A stretch of DNA of 64,000 nt from positions 16,368,001-16,432,000 of the forward strand of contig JBHGNT010000010.1 of the NCBI GenBank assembly GCA_043228905.1, written 5' to 3'. The stretch's first letter is position 1. Every line of letters begins with the position of its first letter. Under the pieces are notes generated by a model. That model was given only the letters and a program-made list of their open reading frames with translations, was not told where the DNA came from and searched no databases. Shown piece after piece: positions 1 to 10,609 of the stretch. Position numbers and translations under genes: made by a program. Source of the stretch: Azolla caroliniana (lineage: Eukaryota > Plantae > Polypodiophyta).

Positions 1-1235
1 TTGTTGATGAGCTTGTTTGGTTGTACTGTTGTTCGTAAACAACTTTTCCCTCTATCTCAAGCACAGTTGGTCTTCATATTCCATTACTTTGCGTAGTGGG
101 CCAAAGCCTTGTTTAAAAGAGGCAATGGTATCTCTCACTTATTTCACTAAAAACACTACATTGACAAACATAGCGTTCTTCAGATTCCACGCCCTTATGA
201 CACAATTGGCAAATTCTGTCTTCTAGAGGTATGTGTGCATATCTACCTACCTCAATCTCTAACAGATATGAAAATGTCCACAACTGGCCTATCATACTGT
301 GTAACGCATGTGGTAGATATATGTCCATATGAGAGGGCTTGATGATGAATCCATCTTGCAGGTGTGTGCATAAAGTGTGCCTTTTAGTTAGGCAAGATAG
401 AAGTCACTTGGGATAGGTCATGAATGTTTTGTAAATCCTGTTGGTGGAGATGTGAATAATTTTGAGATACATATATAGATAGATTGTAGTTTCATCTTCG
501 GAAGTCAAGTATGACCTATGAGACCAAAAATATTACATTTTCATGTAATACATGTGGAAGTGGTTAGCAACTCTTGATGTTCAAGAATTTTTACTAATGA
601 ATATTGCAATCGAGAGTGCACATTGTGACTATTAGAGAAATTCATGCAATTATTGGGTTTGGTTGAAGATGTGTGGAAAGCACAGTTCAATGTGATTAAA
701 GGTAGAGAGCATTGTATCAAAGTGTGATACTCAAACTGTCGCACTTGTTTCGAGTAAAGTGTGCATAGTTGACCACTCTCATCACTTGTGCTCCAAAGCC
801 CTGTGTCATGATACATTGGCATTGCAAAAAGGTCTCATTTGTAGAGGAGTCTAGTGATGCATCATGAAGACGTGTTGTATCCCGTCTTCCAAACCAATTT
901 TTGAATATCTTGCATCCGATTGGAATACAAAATTTTGCTTTTATGTGGCCTTTGGATTTTTTCACTTGTTTCCCATGCAAATTTGGGAAGTTGATGTAAG
1001 GGACTTTTTTGAACCTTAAGCATATATTCATCAATGCATAGACCAAATAGAGTTGGTGAGAATGAGTGTCCTTGCCCAACACTGATAGTGCTATTAAAAA
1101 TATCCTTCTCATAGATTCGGGAAATCGCAAGCATATATTCACTTGGCACCATAGTTCTTCCATTCGCCTCCAAAAATGCGCACGAGTTACCATATCAAAA
1201 GCTTTGTTCAAGACTTGAAGCAACAATATAGACCC
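1..1235 (-). mobile_element. Decayed LINE ORF2 fragments (RT and C-terminal Cys/His domain), probably two stacked pieces, in a presumed PRMT7 intron
   Basis: Minus-strand remnants: LNKAFDMVTR (RT KAFD motif), VGQGHSFSPTLF (QG..LSP.LF motif), and two zinc-binding tails, CTLYSKQVRQFEYHTLIQC (541-822) and ICQLCHKGVESEERYVCQC (113-328). Frameshifted. Confidence 0.8.
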
Positions 1236-2029
1236 TCATATCTCAACATCCTCAACAGAATCATTACCATCAGCATTTGTGTTCTCAACAACAGGACATT
1301 TTTCAGCCCCTTGAACCACATTCCACAACCCCTTTGCTACCAATACATGGCGCATCATATAAGCCCAAAGAGGGTAATTTGTTCCATCCAGTTTCTCCTC
1401 AACAGCAAGCATTTGAAATACATCGTTGTTCTCAACCATGGCTGTGGACTGAACACGTTTTGATGTAAAAAATGGACTGTTGAAGGGAATAATGTACCTC
1501 TTTGACTTGAAAGATGAACAAGTGAAGAGAAAAGGGAAGCAAATCTGATTTCTGAGGGTTATAGGAATGTCTTGGAAGACTGAAGGAGGCTTTTTCTAGG
1601 ATTTAATCGACTTGGAAGCAGAAAAAAAACACAACTGAAACTGCACAGAGAAAGAAAACACGCAGAAATTTGTTTTTTCAACAGCAGAAAAACGCCACCA
1701 CAGATGGCACAGACAGACTGCGTATGAGAGCCGTTGTGTTGCTGCTCAAATGTCACTTTGTAGCTCTGAAACCACTGTTGGGTTCTTGCTTTGAATCCCA
1801 AAAAGCTTCACCACTTTAGGGTTGTAAGAGTATTTTTAGACGGGGAAAAAACCTCTTAAAGAGGGGAAAACTGCCCTTGTAGTCCTAAGTGTGTTCACAC
1901 ATTACTGTCCTAAATGTGTTCACACACATCACTATCCTAAGTGTGTTCACACATTACTGTCCTAAATGTGTTCACACACATCACTATCCTAAGTGTGTTC
2001 ACACACATCACTACCAAAATATGTCAACA
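1236..2029 (-). mobile_element. 5' end of a Ty1/Copia retrotransposon: 5' LTR (1776-2029), PBS (1763-1774), start of gag
   Basis: ORF 1236-1439 EKLDGTNYPLWAYMMRHVLVAKGLWNVVQG matches the Copia gag N-terminus. PBS TGGTTTCAGAGC (tRNA-Met-like, one mismatch) lies next to a TG...CA-bounded segment that contains short tandem repeats. Confidence 0.8.
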
Positions 2030-2124
2030 ACAAGCGGCCTCCTATAAGGAGAACCTAGGTCCTGAAAATGTTACTCCTAGGTATGTGTAGGAGCGTGTGT
2101 ATTCCACCTTTTCCTCTCCCAAGA

Positions 2125-2491
2125 GAGAAAGAAAGAAAGAAAGAAATATTAACGTCTTTTAAGAGGCCAAAATGGCCTATAAGAACAAATAAGAGATTAC
2201 ATCTTAAGTGTTGTCTCGTCTTTGAGAACAAATCAAAATATTAAGAGGCCAAAATGGCCTATAAGAACAAATAAGAGATTACATCTTAAGTGTTGTCTCG
2301 TCTTTGAGAACAAATCAAAATAAAATCAATATTACACAGTAAATATAAAAGTAAATAACATGAAAAGAAAAGAAACAAGGGAATCTGGTTTTTGGCACAT
2401 GTGAGATTCTCAAGTTAAGTATATTGTAGCTTTTGTCTTTGAAAGATCTCTAGCATAGGTCGATCCAGAATGGAAATGTCTCCAAAGTGAG

Positions 2492-2532
<41 letters not shown>

Positions 2533-2742
2533 ACGTCTTTTAAGAGGCCAAACTGGGCTTAAAAGACCAAACAAGAGATTTCATCTGAAGTGGTCTTGTC
2601 TTTGAGAACAACAAATCAAAAATAAAATAAATGTTACTAAGTAAACAAGATAAAAAGAGGCTAAAGAATCTTCTTATCAGCACATGTACGAAGTCAGATA
2701 TATTGTGACTTTTGTCTACGAAAGGTCTCTAGCATAGGTCTT
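2125..2742 (-). mobile_element. Two tandem copies of a LINE/SINE-like 3'-tail family ending in (TTTC)n/(TC)n
   Basis: Shared block ATTAACGTCTTTTAAGAGGCCAAA..GG.C...AAGA..AAA.AAGAGATT next to microsatellites. Related copies at about 9700-9780 (opposite strand), 20510-20560, 20865-21075 and 21345-21720. Confidence 0.6.
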
Positions 2743-2799
2743 CATTAATGTGTATGTGAGAGAGATGATGATGATAATTATATGCATTAATGTCTACAG

Positions 2800-4162
2800 G
2801 AAAGAGAGAACACTCCTAGAACCACTCTTAAGTGAGAAATTCATAACTATACCTTACAAAGGCATGTTACGAGGCATGGCAATTTCAATGCATGTGAGAA
2901 TTTTTATGAGGTTTTCATCTTTACTCTTGATTTTTCTTTCTATTGAGCAATTGACATTGTATGGTCTAGGATTTTTGGAAAAGTCGGCGAGCCTTGAAAA
3001 CTGTTCAAGGATTTGACCATAGTGCAGTTAATGAAATGTTTGGTGCTTGTGGTGATCTGCCAAAACCATTGGAAGGACCTATTCTTCCTTGTTTTCTGTG
3101 GCAGTGTGGAACTTATCAGGTTTGTACCCTTATCTTGTACGTTATGTTATGGTCTTCTCTTTGATTTATTAATGCCGTGTAAAATCAGATATCCGTGCCC
3201 ATTACATTCACTTTATAATCAGTGGTGTTGAAGTAGTTTAGAATGGTTAAATATCCACTTAATTGTTTCCTTGTACATTATCAACTCACTGACCTGTATT
3301 TTTTTTTTACTACTATCCAGCTAATAGGGTTTTTTGAAGATCCAAATAAATTATCCATTATTCAGCCTGTATTTATTTTGACACTTCAATTAAGCATTTG
3401 GTTTTAGTTAATTGCAGGAACTTACCCAACCTTTCTCTATCATGACTTTTGATTTTTTGAAGACCATTGAGGATGTGAAAGGTTCCACAAAGGTGAGAAA
3501 TCATTAAGTCTGTGCTTCAAGTGAAATCAATACATGTAGAGGTAAAGGCTGACAAATACATAAGCTGTTGTGTTTGTCTTAGGTCCAAATTTCCAAATCT
3601 GGAACTTGCCATGGCATAGCATTGTGGATAGATTGGGTGCTAGATGCAGAATGCAGAGAGATAGTATGTACAGGACCACAAGGTACACATAACGTTTCTC
3701 CCTTCTAAAGTAGTTGTACATGGCATTGTGCTTTGGGTCTTACCTTTCGAGACATGGTTTTGGACATTTCCTTTCTAGGAAGTTAGCTATGAACAGATAT
3801 GTTATGTTGTAGCTGTAATATCATCATTTCAAGTGCTTTGCTTATAATATGTTCTAGTACTCGTAAAAGCATATGCTTTTTAGGTGTTTGCTTTCGAAGA
3901 AGTTGATTTGAAACTGACTTTCTAGGAAGTTACCAATGAACTGATATGATATGCTCCCTTCATGTTAAAAGAAGTATTCATTTATGTTTCAGCTGATGGC
4001 CCAACACAGGGGAAACAAGGACTAAAATTGTTGTCTTCTCCTGTTGAGGTTGAGGAGTTCCGATCCAGCGCTGGATCATGCAGCTATAATAGCATTCTTG
4101 ATTTGTCTGCTACTTTCAATTCTAGTAATGGTGAGCTCGATGTAATTGTTAACTTTGTATGA
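2800..4162 (+). CDS. PRMT7: Protein arginine N-methyltransferase 7, last five exons (2800-2893, 2970-3119, 3418-3492, 3583-3682, 3993-4162); the 5' part lies upstream of the window
   Basis: GT-AG-bounded exons join in frame: KERTLLEPLL..IPYKGMLRG..DFWKSRRALKTVQGFDH..GACGDLP..LWQCG..FDF..SGTCHGIALWIDWVLD..TGP..KQGLKLLSSPV..NFV*. This is the C-terminal module of plant PRMT7. Confidence 0.9.
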
Positions 4163-4934
4163 ATTGTCTTGAACTCAAAGAATAGTGTCAATTTTACTTG
4201 AGATAGAGAAAGGCCCTTTCTCTAAACATTTTCAAATGTCTTTCGATTCAACATTCTTAGTTGATGAGGCAAACCAAGAATGTTACCGCTCCATAAGTTA
4301 TCATTTAAATAAACCAGATTTGCTCAATGTGTTGCACATTTTACAATCAGCTACAGTTTTTTTTTGTTTTGAAAATTTTTGTTCTTTGCAATGAGAAGTT
4401 GCTATATGGAGGAGCGTATTATGAACTAGTTTTTTTTGGTGAATGTTCCTGTAAAACCATGCAGGGGTTGAAAATCATTTACATATGGTCGTTCTAGTTT
4501 TCCTCTTGTTTGATGTTTTAATATCAAATTGGATCAATGTCCTGCTTACAATTTTGATGTATGTCTTCACAAATTATGGAATATGCTTATATAAACAACT
4601 CTGGTAGAAATTGTCCAATAGAGCAACTGACAACCAATATATTCAAAGTCTTTGATCCCTCTTGCCTTTCTAAAAGGTTACCTCCATAATAATGACCTCC
4701 TTACGTGTAGTAAAGATCAGGATACTAATCCTTCCTATCATGTCATGTGTAGTTGATCTTTGCATCAAGACAGATTGGTACATCACAAGCATTCTGTGAG
4801 TTTTAATAAGAATATTTTTAAGTACCTGTACAGAGTACTAAAAAATCTCTTCAGAATCCAAGTTGGGAGGAAGAATTGTAGGATTGTAACAAACCATTAC
4901 CTTGCTGATTCAGATCTCATACAGCAATAAAATA

Positions 4935-5317
4935 ACTATGATTGGAGTTGCTTATTCATGTTTGAGACATTTGACCTGATAGATCATGAATGTCTGGCAA
5001 GTCTTTCTCATATCATGTACATCATTATTCTAAATTATCGTTTTACAATATATTCATGCACATTGCAAGTTTGGAATTGCTTATTCATGGTTCACTGAGA
5101 TTTTCAACCTCATATCATGTACATCATTATTCTAAATTATCGTTGTACAATATGTTCATGCACATTGCAAGTTTGGAATTGCTTATTCATGGTTCACTGA
5201 GACGTTCAACCTCATATCATGTACATCATTATTCTAAATTATCGTTGTACAATATATTCATGCACATTGTAAGTTTGGAATTGCTTATTCATGGTTCACT
5301 GAGACATTCAACTTGAT
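4935..5317. repeat. 102-bp tandem repeat, about 3.5 copies, between the convergent 3' ends of PRMT7 and the zinc-finger gene
   Basis: CATATCATGTACATC recurs at 5009, 5111 and 5213. Confidence 0.9.
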
Positions 5318-5690
5318 ACTTCTAGAATAGGCGAGTCTTCCTGATATTCATGCATATTCCAAGTTTTTCTTTGCTATTGAGAATGCGCTTGAGTATTGTT
5401 CGTTCTCATTTTAATTTCTAGTTACAATGGAGAACTTGACATCAACACTCATCTTGCTAGCCAAATACCAGGATAACTTCATTCCATGGCTAATTTTTAA
5501 CACTACAGAACTCTCCACATAATGTCATACCGAACTTTTATTCACATCGTGGAATGTGATGATACTAAAAATGAGAATATAAATAAATAATATTAATGAT
5601 GCGGTTGTGTTCATATACAAGAGAAAGAGAGAAGATACTGCAATAATCAACAAATTTACATGGCAAGACAAAGGCTCGTTTAAAGTGATG

Positions 5691-8264
5691 TCAAGGCAAA
5701 TCCTCACTAGTCAACAATGCCATGATGCTACCACCATGAACTCGTTCTTCAAGCAAGGATGAAGAAGACATGTTCAAAATACTATCATCCAGCCCTGGTG
5801 TGCCCTTTTCTTGTGTGAAATTGAAGACACTGCCATTTTGCATGAATGGAGGAACAAGAACATGAGGGGGGAGCATAGGCCAATGAAGAGATATATTATT
5901 ATCACAAAGTTGAGGAGTGATCCCTGGCCAACGACCCGAAGATGTGACCTCTTTATTGGAAGGTTCGCATCCATCATCAGAAATCATGTCTAAAGCATCG
6001 CCCATGAATGTCAAGCCAGGAATATAATGACACGATTTGTAGTCAGTCTGTGTCCAATATTGCTCTCCTTCCTTACCATTTTCACAATCTTGGAGACAAA
6101 AAGAACCTTTCGCTTTGAGTTGATCCCCTTCTGGTAGGGTTGCAGCAGCACCAGCAGAGGTAGTTCCCGATACAAGCCCTCGGAAGAGACCCGGCTTAAT
6201 CCTCGCTGGAAGGGCATTTCCTAGAGTGTTAACACCATGCACCCTCCGATCTTGTACAAGAGCACTATGGGCCGCACAGAGCCCAAGCCTCCCCCTTGCA
6301 AATCTATCGCAAGGTCCTTTCAAAAGCTCCCCTGTCTTATCTTTCACATATTCACTATAGGGACATCCTTCACAACCCCATTGGCACCTTTTCCCACCTC
6401 CATGAGCTTTGCAAAAGTCGGTGCTTCCTTGCGCACTTTTTGTGCACTTTTCATGTATGCATCGCTTTCCACCGCCGTGCTTTACACAAAAGTTGGTCCT
6501 CCCTCGAGCACTTTTCGTGCATCCCAACGCAACACAACGTTTTCCACCCCCGTGAGCAACACAAAAAGGCGTTCCTCCATGAACACTTTTTGTACATAGA
6601 CCACCACCATCAAACATACATCTCTTTCCACCTCCATGACCTTTACATAGAGGGGTACTACCTTCGGCACCTTTATTGCACCCTTCAATCATGCATCGTT
6701 TTCCACCCCCATGTGCTTTACAAAACCTAGTGCTTCCTTGGGCGCCCTTCCCACATCCACCCTCATGTTCACACCTCCGCCCACCTCCATGAGATATACA
6801 TAGACCCGAGTACCCCTCAGCACTCTTTGTACAACCTTCTCTACAGCACCTTTTTCCTCCTCCATGTCGGATACATAGACCTGATCGACCCCGTGCAGCT
6901 TTTGTACAACCATCATAACTACATCTTCTCCCTCCTCCATGACCAATGCAATAGTCAGTTTTACCATCAGGGCTCTTCGTGCAACCTAGTTTTTGGCATC
7001 GGCGCCCTCCACCATGTGGTTTACAGAAAAGCGTCCTATTCTCGGCCCATTTCTTGCACCCTGGTTTCTCACATCGTCTCCCTCCACCATGTATGATACA
7101 TAATCCTGTGGCTCCTCGGGCACCTTTTCTACACCCTGTGAATTTGCATGTTTTGGGAGCTTTCTCCAGTAATGCTCCTCCATTTCTATCAGTACTATCT
7201 ACTGATGATTGCTTTAAATGCATTGCATTGTGCTGTTGCATATCTAAACAAGTTGTGGTTTCAATTCTCCGGCCCATCAAAAGTGAAGGTATATACCGTC
7301 CTCCAGCTTTCGTGCATTGAGCCAAATTAGATCCTTCATCAAGTACTGGAATGGAATCATTGCATATGTTCTTGGTTTGGAGCTCAATATCTCCTCCATC
7401 AGGTCCCAAATCTAGTAGCAGGGATGACAAAGGTCCACAGTTTATATTATCTGGTTGGATTCCTCCACGGGATTCTGAACCTAGTAACAAAGATGACATA
7501 TGTCCATCCTCTGATAACGTTTTAGATCGATTCCCTGTTTGGATTCCGATATGGTATCCATTAGAATCCAAACCTAGTAACAAAGGTGACAAATGGCCAC
7601 TTTCTGATACCATGTCAGAGATTCCAGATATGTTATAGGCATCTTCTGATACTATATTATTAGATATTCTACAGATATGGTCACCTTCTGATACCATATT
7701 AGTAGAGGTTCCCCAGACATTATAGTTACCTTCTGATAACATATCAGATCTTCTGGAGAGATCCAATTGGAGGTTCATTTCTTCTTCTATATCATTCTCA
7801 ATACAGGTTCTATTCTCCCAACTCAAGCTTTTGGAATGTCTTTTCGGTTGTTTTATGGCAAGGTTGTTGTTTCCGAGAGGAAATTGATGTGGGGACAGAC
7901 CTAGTTCAGTTAACAGACTATTTGAATGATCTCTAAATTCTTCTCTCTCTTCTTCGCCATTTTCCCTAAGATTAAGAGAAACAAAGGTCGAGAAAGAGCC
8001 AAGCTTACCTCCATTAATAGCTTGACATGGATCTCTATCTTTATACGCGCGGAAGCTTGAATCGATTTGAAAAGATGTGAGAGGAGGTGATCTTTTTGAT
8101 GTATTACTGGAAGCATTTCTTGTGAACTTTTCCGAGGCTTTGGTTTCGATGCTTACCATATCACTCTCATCGTCTTCGTCTTCTTCTTCTTCACAATCAA
8201 CCCATTTCCTTTTCAATCTAATTTGTGGGTTTATGCTGAGGCCTGATGATGACTGATTCTCCAT
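5691..8264 (-). CDS. WRKY19-like zinc-finger repeat ('loricrin-like') protein, intronless CDS of about 857 aa
   Basis: About ten C-x4-5-C...C-x2-HGGG-[RK]-RC repeats and the family C-terminal motif EERVHGGSIMALL. The first ATG after the 5'-UTR intron acceptor is at 8264 (MENQSS). Resembles the Arabidopsis At5g64550/At1g64140/At5g09670 family. Confidence 0.92.
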   Translation of the reverse strand: MENQSSSGLSINPQIRLKRKWVDCEEEEDEDDESDMVSIETKASEKFTRNASSNTSKRSPPLTSFQIDSSFRAYKDRDPCQAINGGKLGSFSTFVSLNLRENGEEEREEFRDHSNSLLTELGLSPHQFPLGNNNLAIKQPKRHSKSLSWENRTCIENDIEEEMNLQLDLSRRSDMLSEGNYNVWGTSTNMVSEGDHICRISNNIVSEDAYNISGISDMVSESGHLSPLLLGLDSNGYHIGIQTGNRSKTLSEDGHMSSLLLGSESRGGIQPDNINCGPLSSLLLDLGPDGGDIELQTKNICNDSIPVLDEGSNLAQCTKAGGRYIPSLLMGRRIETTTCLDMQQHNAMHLKQSSVDSTDRNGGALLEKAPKTCKFTGCRKGARGATGLCIIHGGGRRCEKPGCKKWAENRTLFCKPHGGGRRCQKLGCTKSPDGKTDYCIGHGGGRRCSYDGCTKAARGRSGLCIRHGGGKRCCREGCTKSAEGYSGLCISHGGGRRCEHEGGCGKGAQGSTRFCKAHGGGKRCMIEGCNKGAEGSTPLCKGHGGGKRCMFDGGGLCTKSVHGGTPFCVAHGGGKRCVALGCTKSARGRTNFCVKHGGGKRCIHEKCTKSAQGSTDFCKAHGGGKRCQWGCEGCPYSEYVKDKTGELLKGPCDRFARGRLGLCAAHSALVQDRRVHGVNTLGNALPARIKPGLFRGLVSGTTSAGAAATLPEGDQLKAKGSFCLQDCENGKEGEQYWTQTDYKSCHYIPGLTFMGDALDMISDDGCEPSNKEVTSSGRWPGITPQLCDNNISLHWPMLPPHVLVPPFMQNGSVFNFTQEKGTPGLDDSILNMSSSSLLEERVHGGSIMALLTSEDLP

Positions 8265-8281
8265 GGAAGCTCCACTTTTGA

Positions 8282-8475
8282 TCAAACCTTTTGAGATCTC
8301 AACGGGAACAAAAGAATAAACTGCAAACAAAAGACGGTGTTTTCTTTAAGAATTGGAATCAGATCTATTTTTGTCTAGATTCTAGAGTAAAGAAGGAGGA
8401 GGATGAACCAAGAATCAGAAGAGAAAGAAGAAGAAGACCCACCATTGGAAAAAGTAGGAGACTTTTGGATTTCAT
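8282..8475 (-). CDS. Candidate intron-split upstream ORF MKSKSLLLFPMFILLFPLRSQKV* (exons 8475-8443 and 8320-8282)
   Basis: Donor ATG|GTGGGT at 8442, pyrimidine-rich 122-nt intron, acceptor TTTGCAG at 8321. The spliced ORF stops 17 nt before the main ATG. Confidence 0.6.
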
Positions 8476-8744
8476 TGATAAGTTGATGATTGGGTTTTTC
8501 TTATTGTATTTTTTGTTGATTCCGTTTATGCAGTGCTTTTTGGGGAAGGGCGGTGAATTTGAAGATGAGAAGAGAGATATGTAGAAGGGAATATTTGATT
8601 AACCCTAACCCTAATGTCCTTTGTAAGAAATGTGTGCCCCAAGGGGTATGTTTTTTTTATGTGGCAGTGGGAAGCTAGGACTCGTGTGGGTGAGAGTGGG
8701 GAATGGTGAAAACAAAGAAGAAGGAAGAAAGATTAACAAATACA

Positions 8745-8820
8745 TACATACATACATACATACTATGGATGGCTGTCTCAAGGGGGGGGGGGGCACATAA
8801 AAGTACGAGAGGGAGGGAGG

Positions 8821-8858
<38 letters not shown>

Positions 8859-9222
8859 CAGACAGACATATGTAGTTATGACTTGCTTTGGTGCTACAGT
8901 GTTTTCATTTTGTTTGTGTTGTGTTGTGTTGTAGTCCATCGAGCTCTTTGATCCCTCGTGAGACCCATACGATCCATTGAACGATGCCAAACCCTTGGCA
9001 ATGTTCAAATGTTGGCTCTCTTGATTCTATGATTGACCTTCAGTCCTCTCGATTTTATGACTTTGATGCTATTGTGTAGATCGCCAAAGCCAACTTTGAA
9101 AGGGGGAGAGAGAGAGATCTTTTTTATATCCACAAGAGACTCACTTGCGATCTGTGAGATGATGCCTATCCCAAGCCCATGGAAAGGGATCGAACTTATA
9201 TTCCTTATATTCTTTGTGGAGG

Positions 9223-9283
<61 letters not shown>
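8745..9283. repeat. Microsatellite cluster: (ATAC)n, poly-G, (GATA)n at 8821-8860, (GA)n at 9225-9283
   Basis: Seen directly in the sequence. Confidence 0.95.
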
Positions 9284-9286
<3 letters not shown>

Positions 9287-10574
9287 TCTCTTTCAAATCA
9301 CCAACATTGTCTCTAGAATCACAAGTCTCTCTCTCCACAAAGAATATATATACACAGTGCCGATGGGAACTACCTGAGGCTTGAGTCATGATTCCTCTCT
9401 CTCGAATCACAATAGTGTCTTTAAAATCATGACTCTCTCTCCACATTCAATTTGAGTCGTGATTCCACTCTCTCCAATCATGTTATTGTCTCTAAAATCA
9501 CAACTCTTTCTCTCCAACAAAGAAGATAAGTGCCAAACAATGGAAACTATTGAAAGCTTGAGTTGTGACTCCTCTCTCTCGAATCACGATCTTGTCTTTA
9601 AAATCACACCTCTCCCTCTCTCCGTTATAACCCTCTCACTCGTGCGAATGAGAGGTAATCTTGACTAATCTTGATTCCTCTATTTGTTGTTTGGTTTTGC
9701 TCATTTTTATTTCTCAAAGAAATAACCGAGTGGTAAGATATATAGGCCACATTGGCCTCTTTAGACACGTTAGTTTACTTGCTTTCCTAGTTTGAGGAGA
9801 AAAAGTCCTGAGCTTTGAAGAGTATGTGGTATTTTGATTAATTGGGATGGGATATCACTAAACTACATTGACTATGGTAACTCTTTTAACTTTTAATCAA
9901 GGTAAATATTGGTATTATATCCTTGATAATTCACACCAACCAGTTGCACCACTACACCAAAACAAAACAAAAGAAACATAATACATAATAGTTAATTTCA
10001 CATGTCGACATAAGATGCAACAATCACACCTTATATGCATTGTTATTCATCCGTTATGCACATTTTTACTAACATTAAAACTCATATTAGGATAATGTAT
10101 CTTGAAGAGCCGCACATGTGCTCTAGATATATGTTTGAATCTTACTATAAAACATTATTACATCAAGGAATTATGTCATTACTAGTTGTTTCAAGTCATG
10201 GTGTTATATAATATACAAGTGCGTGTACATATCAATGTCTCATTATCGTAATCCTTCGATTTGATACATACTAACTAATTGCCACTAATTAATCACTTTA
10301 AATATTCTTGGAAATTTATTTATTTTTCCAAAAATATTCTTGGAAACTTCAATTATTGAACTACTAGAAAATTGGTTCTTTAAAAGGGCATTCACTCATT
10401 GTATAATGAGAGGAGGAGTGATAATGTGAAATCAAAACATTTGAACTTAGACAACGAATGTTCGTGCGTTTCACAATATTCAAAAAGATATGTATAACAA
10501 GTGCTTTATATTTGCAATTGCACATGCTATTGTTAACGTTGACATTTCATATATATGCATTTAAAAGGTACACC

Positions 10575-10609
<35 letters not shown>

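Noticed and set aside
5774-8116. Many short ORFs overlapping the zinc-finger CDS
   Set aside because: Antisense or alternate-frame shadows of a Gly/Cys-rich repetitive CDS.
8265-8330. ORF-track start (TTG at 8330) for the 879-aa protein
   Set aside because: It lies in the intron acceptor and 5' UTR; the first ATG in frame is at 8264.
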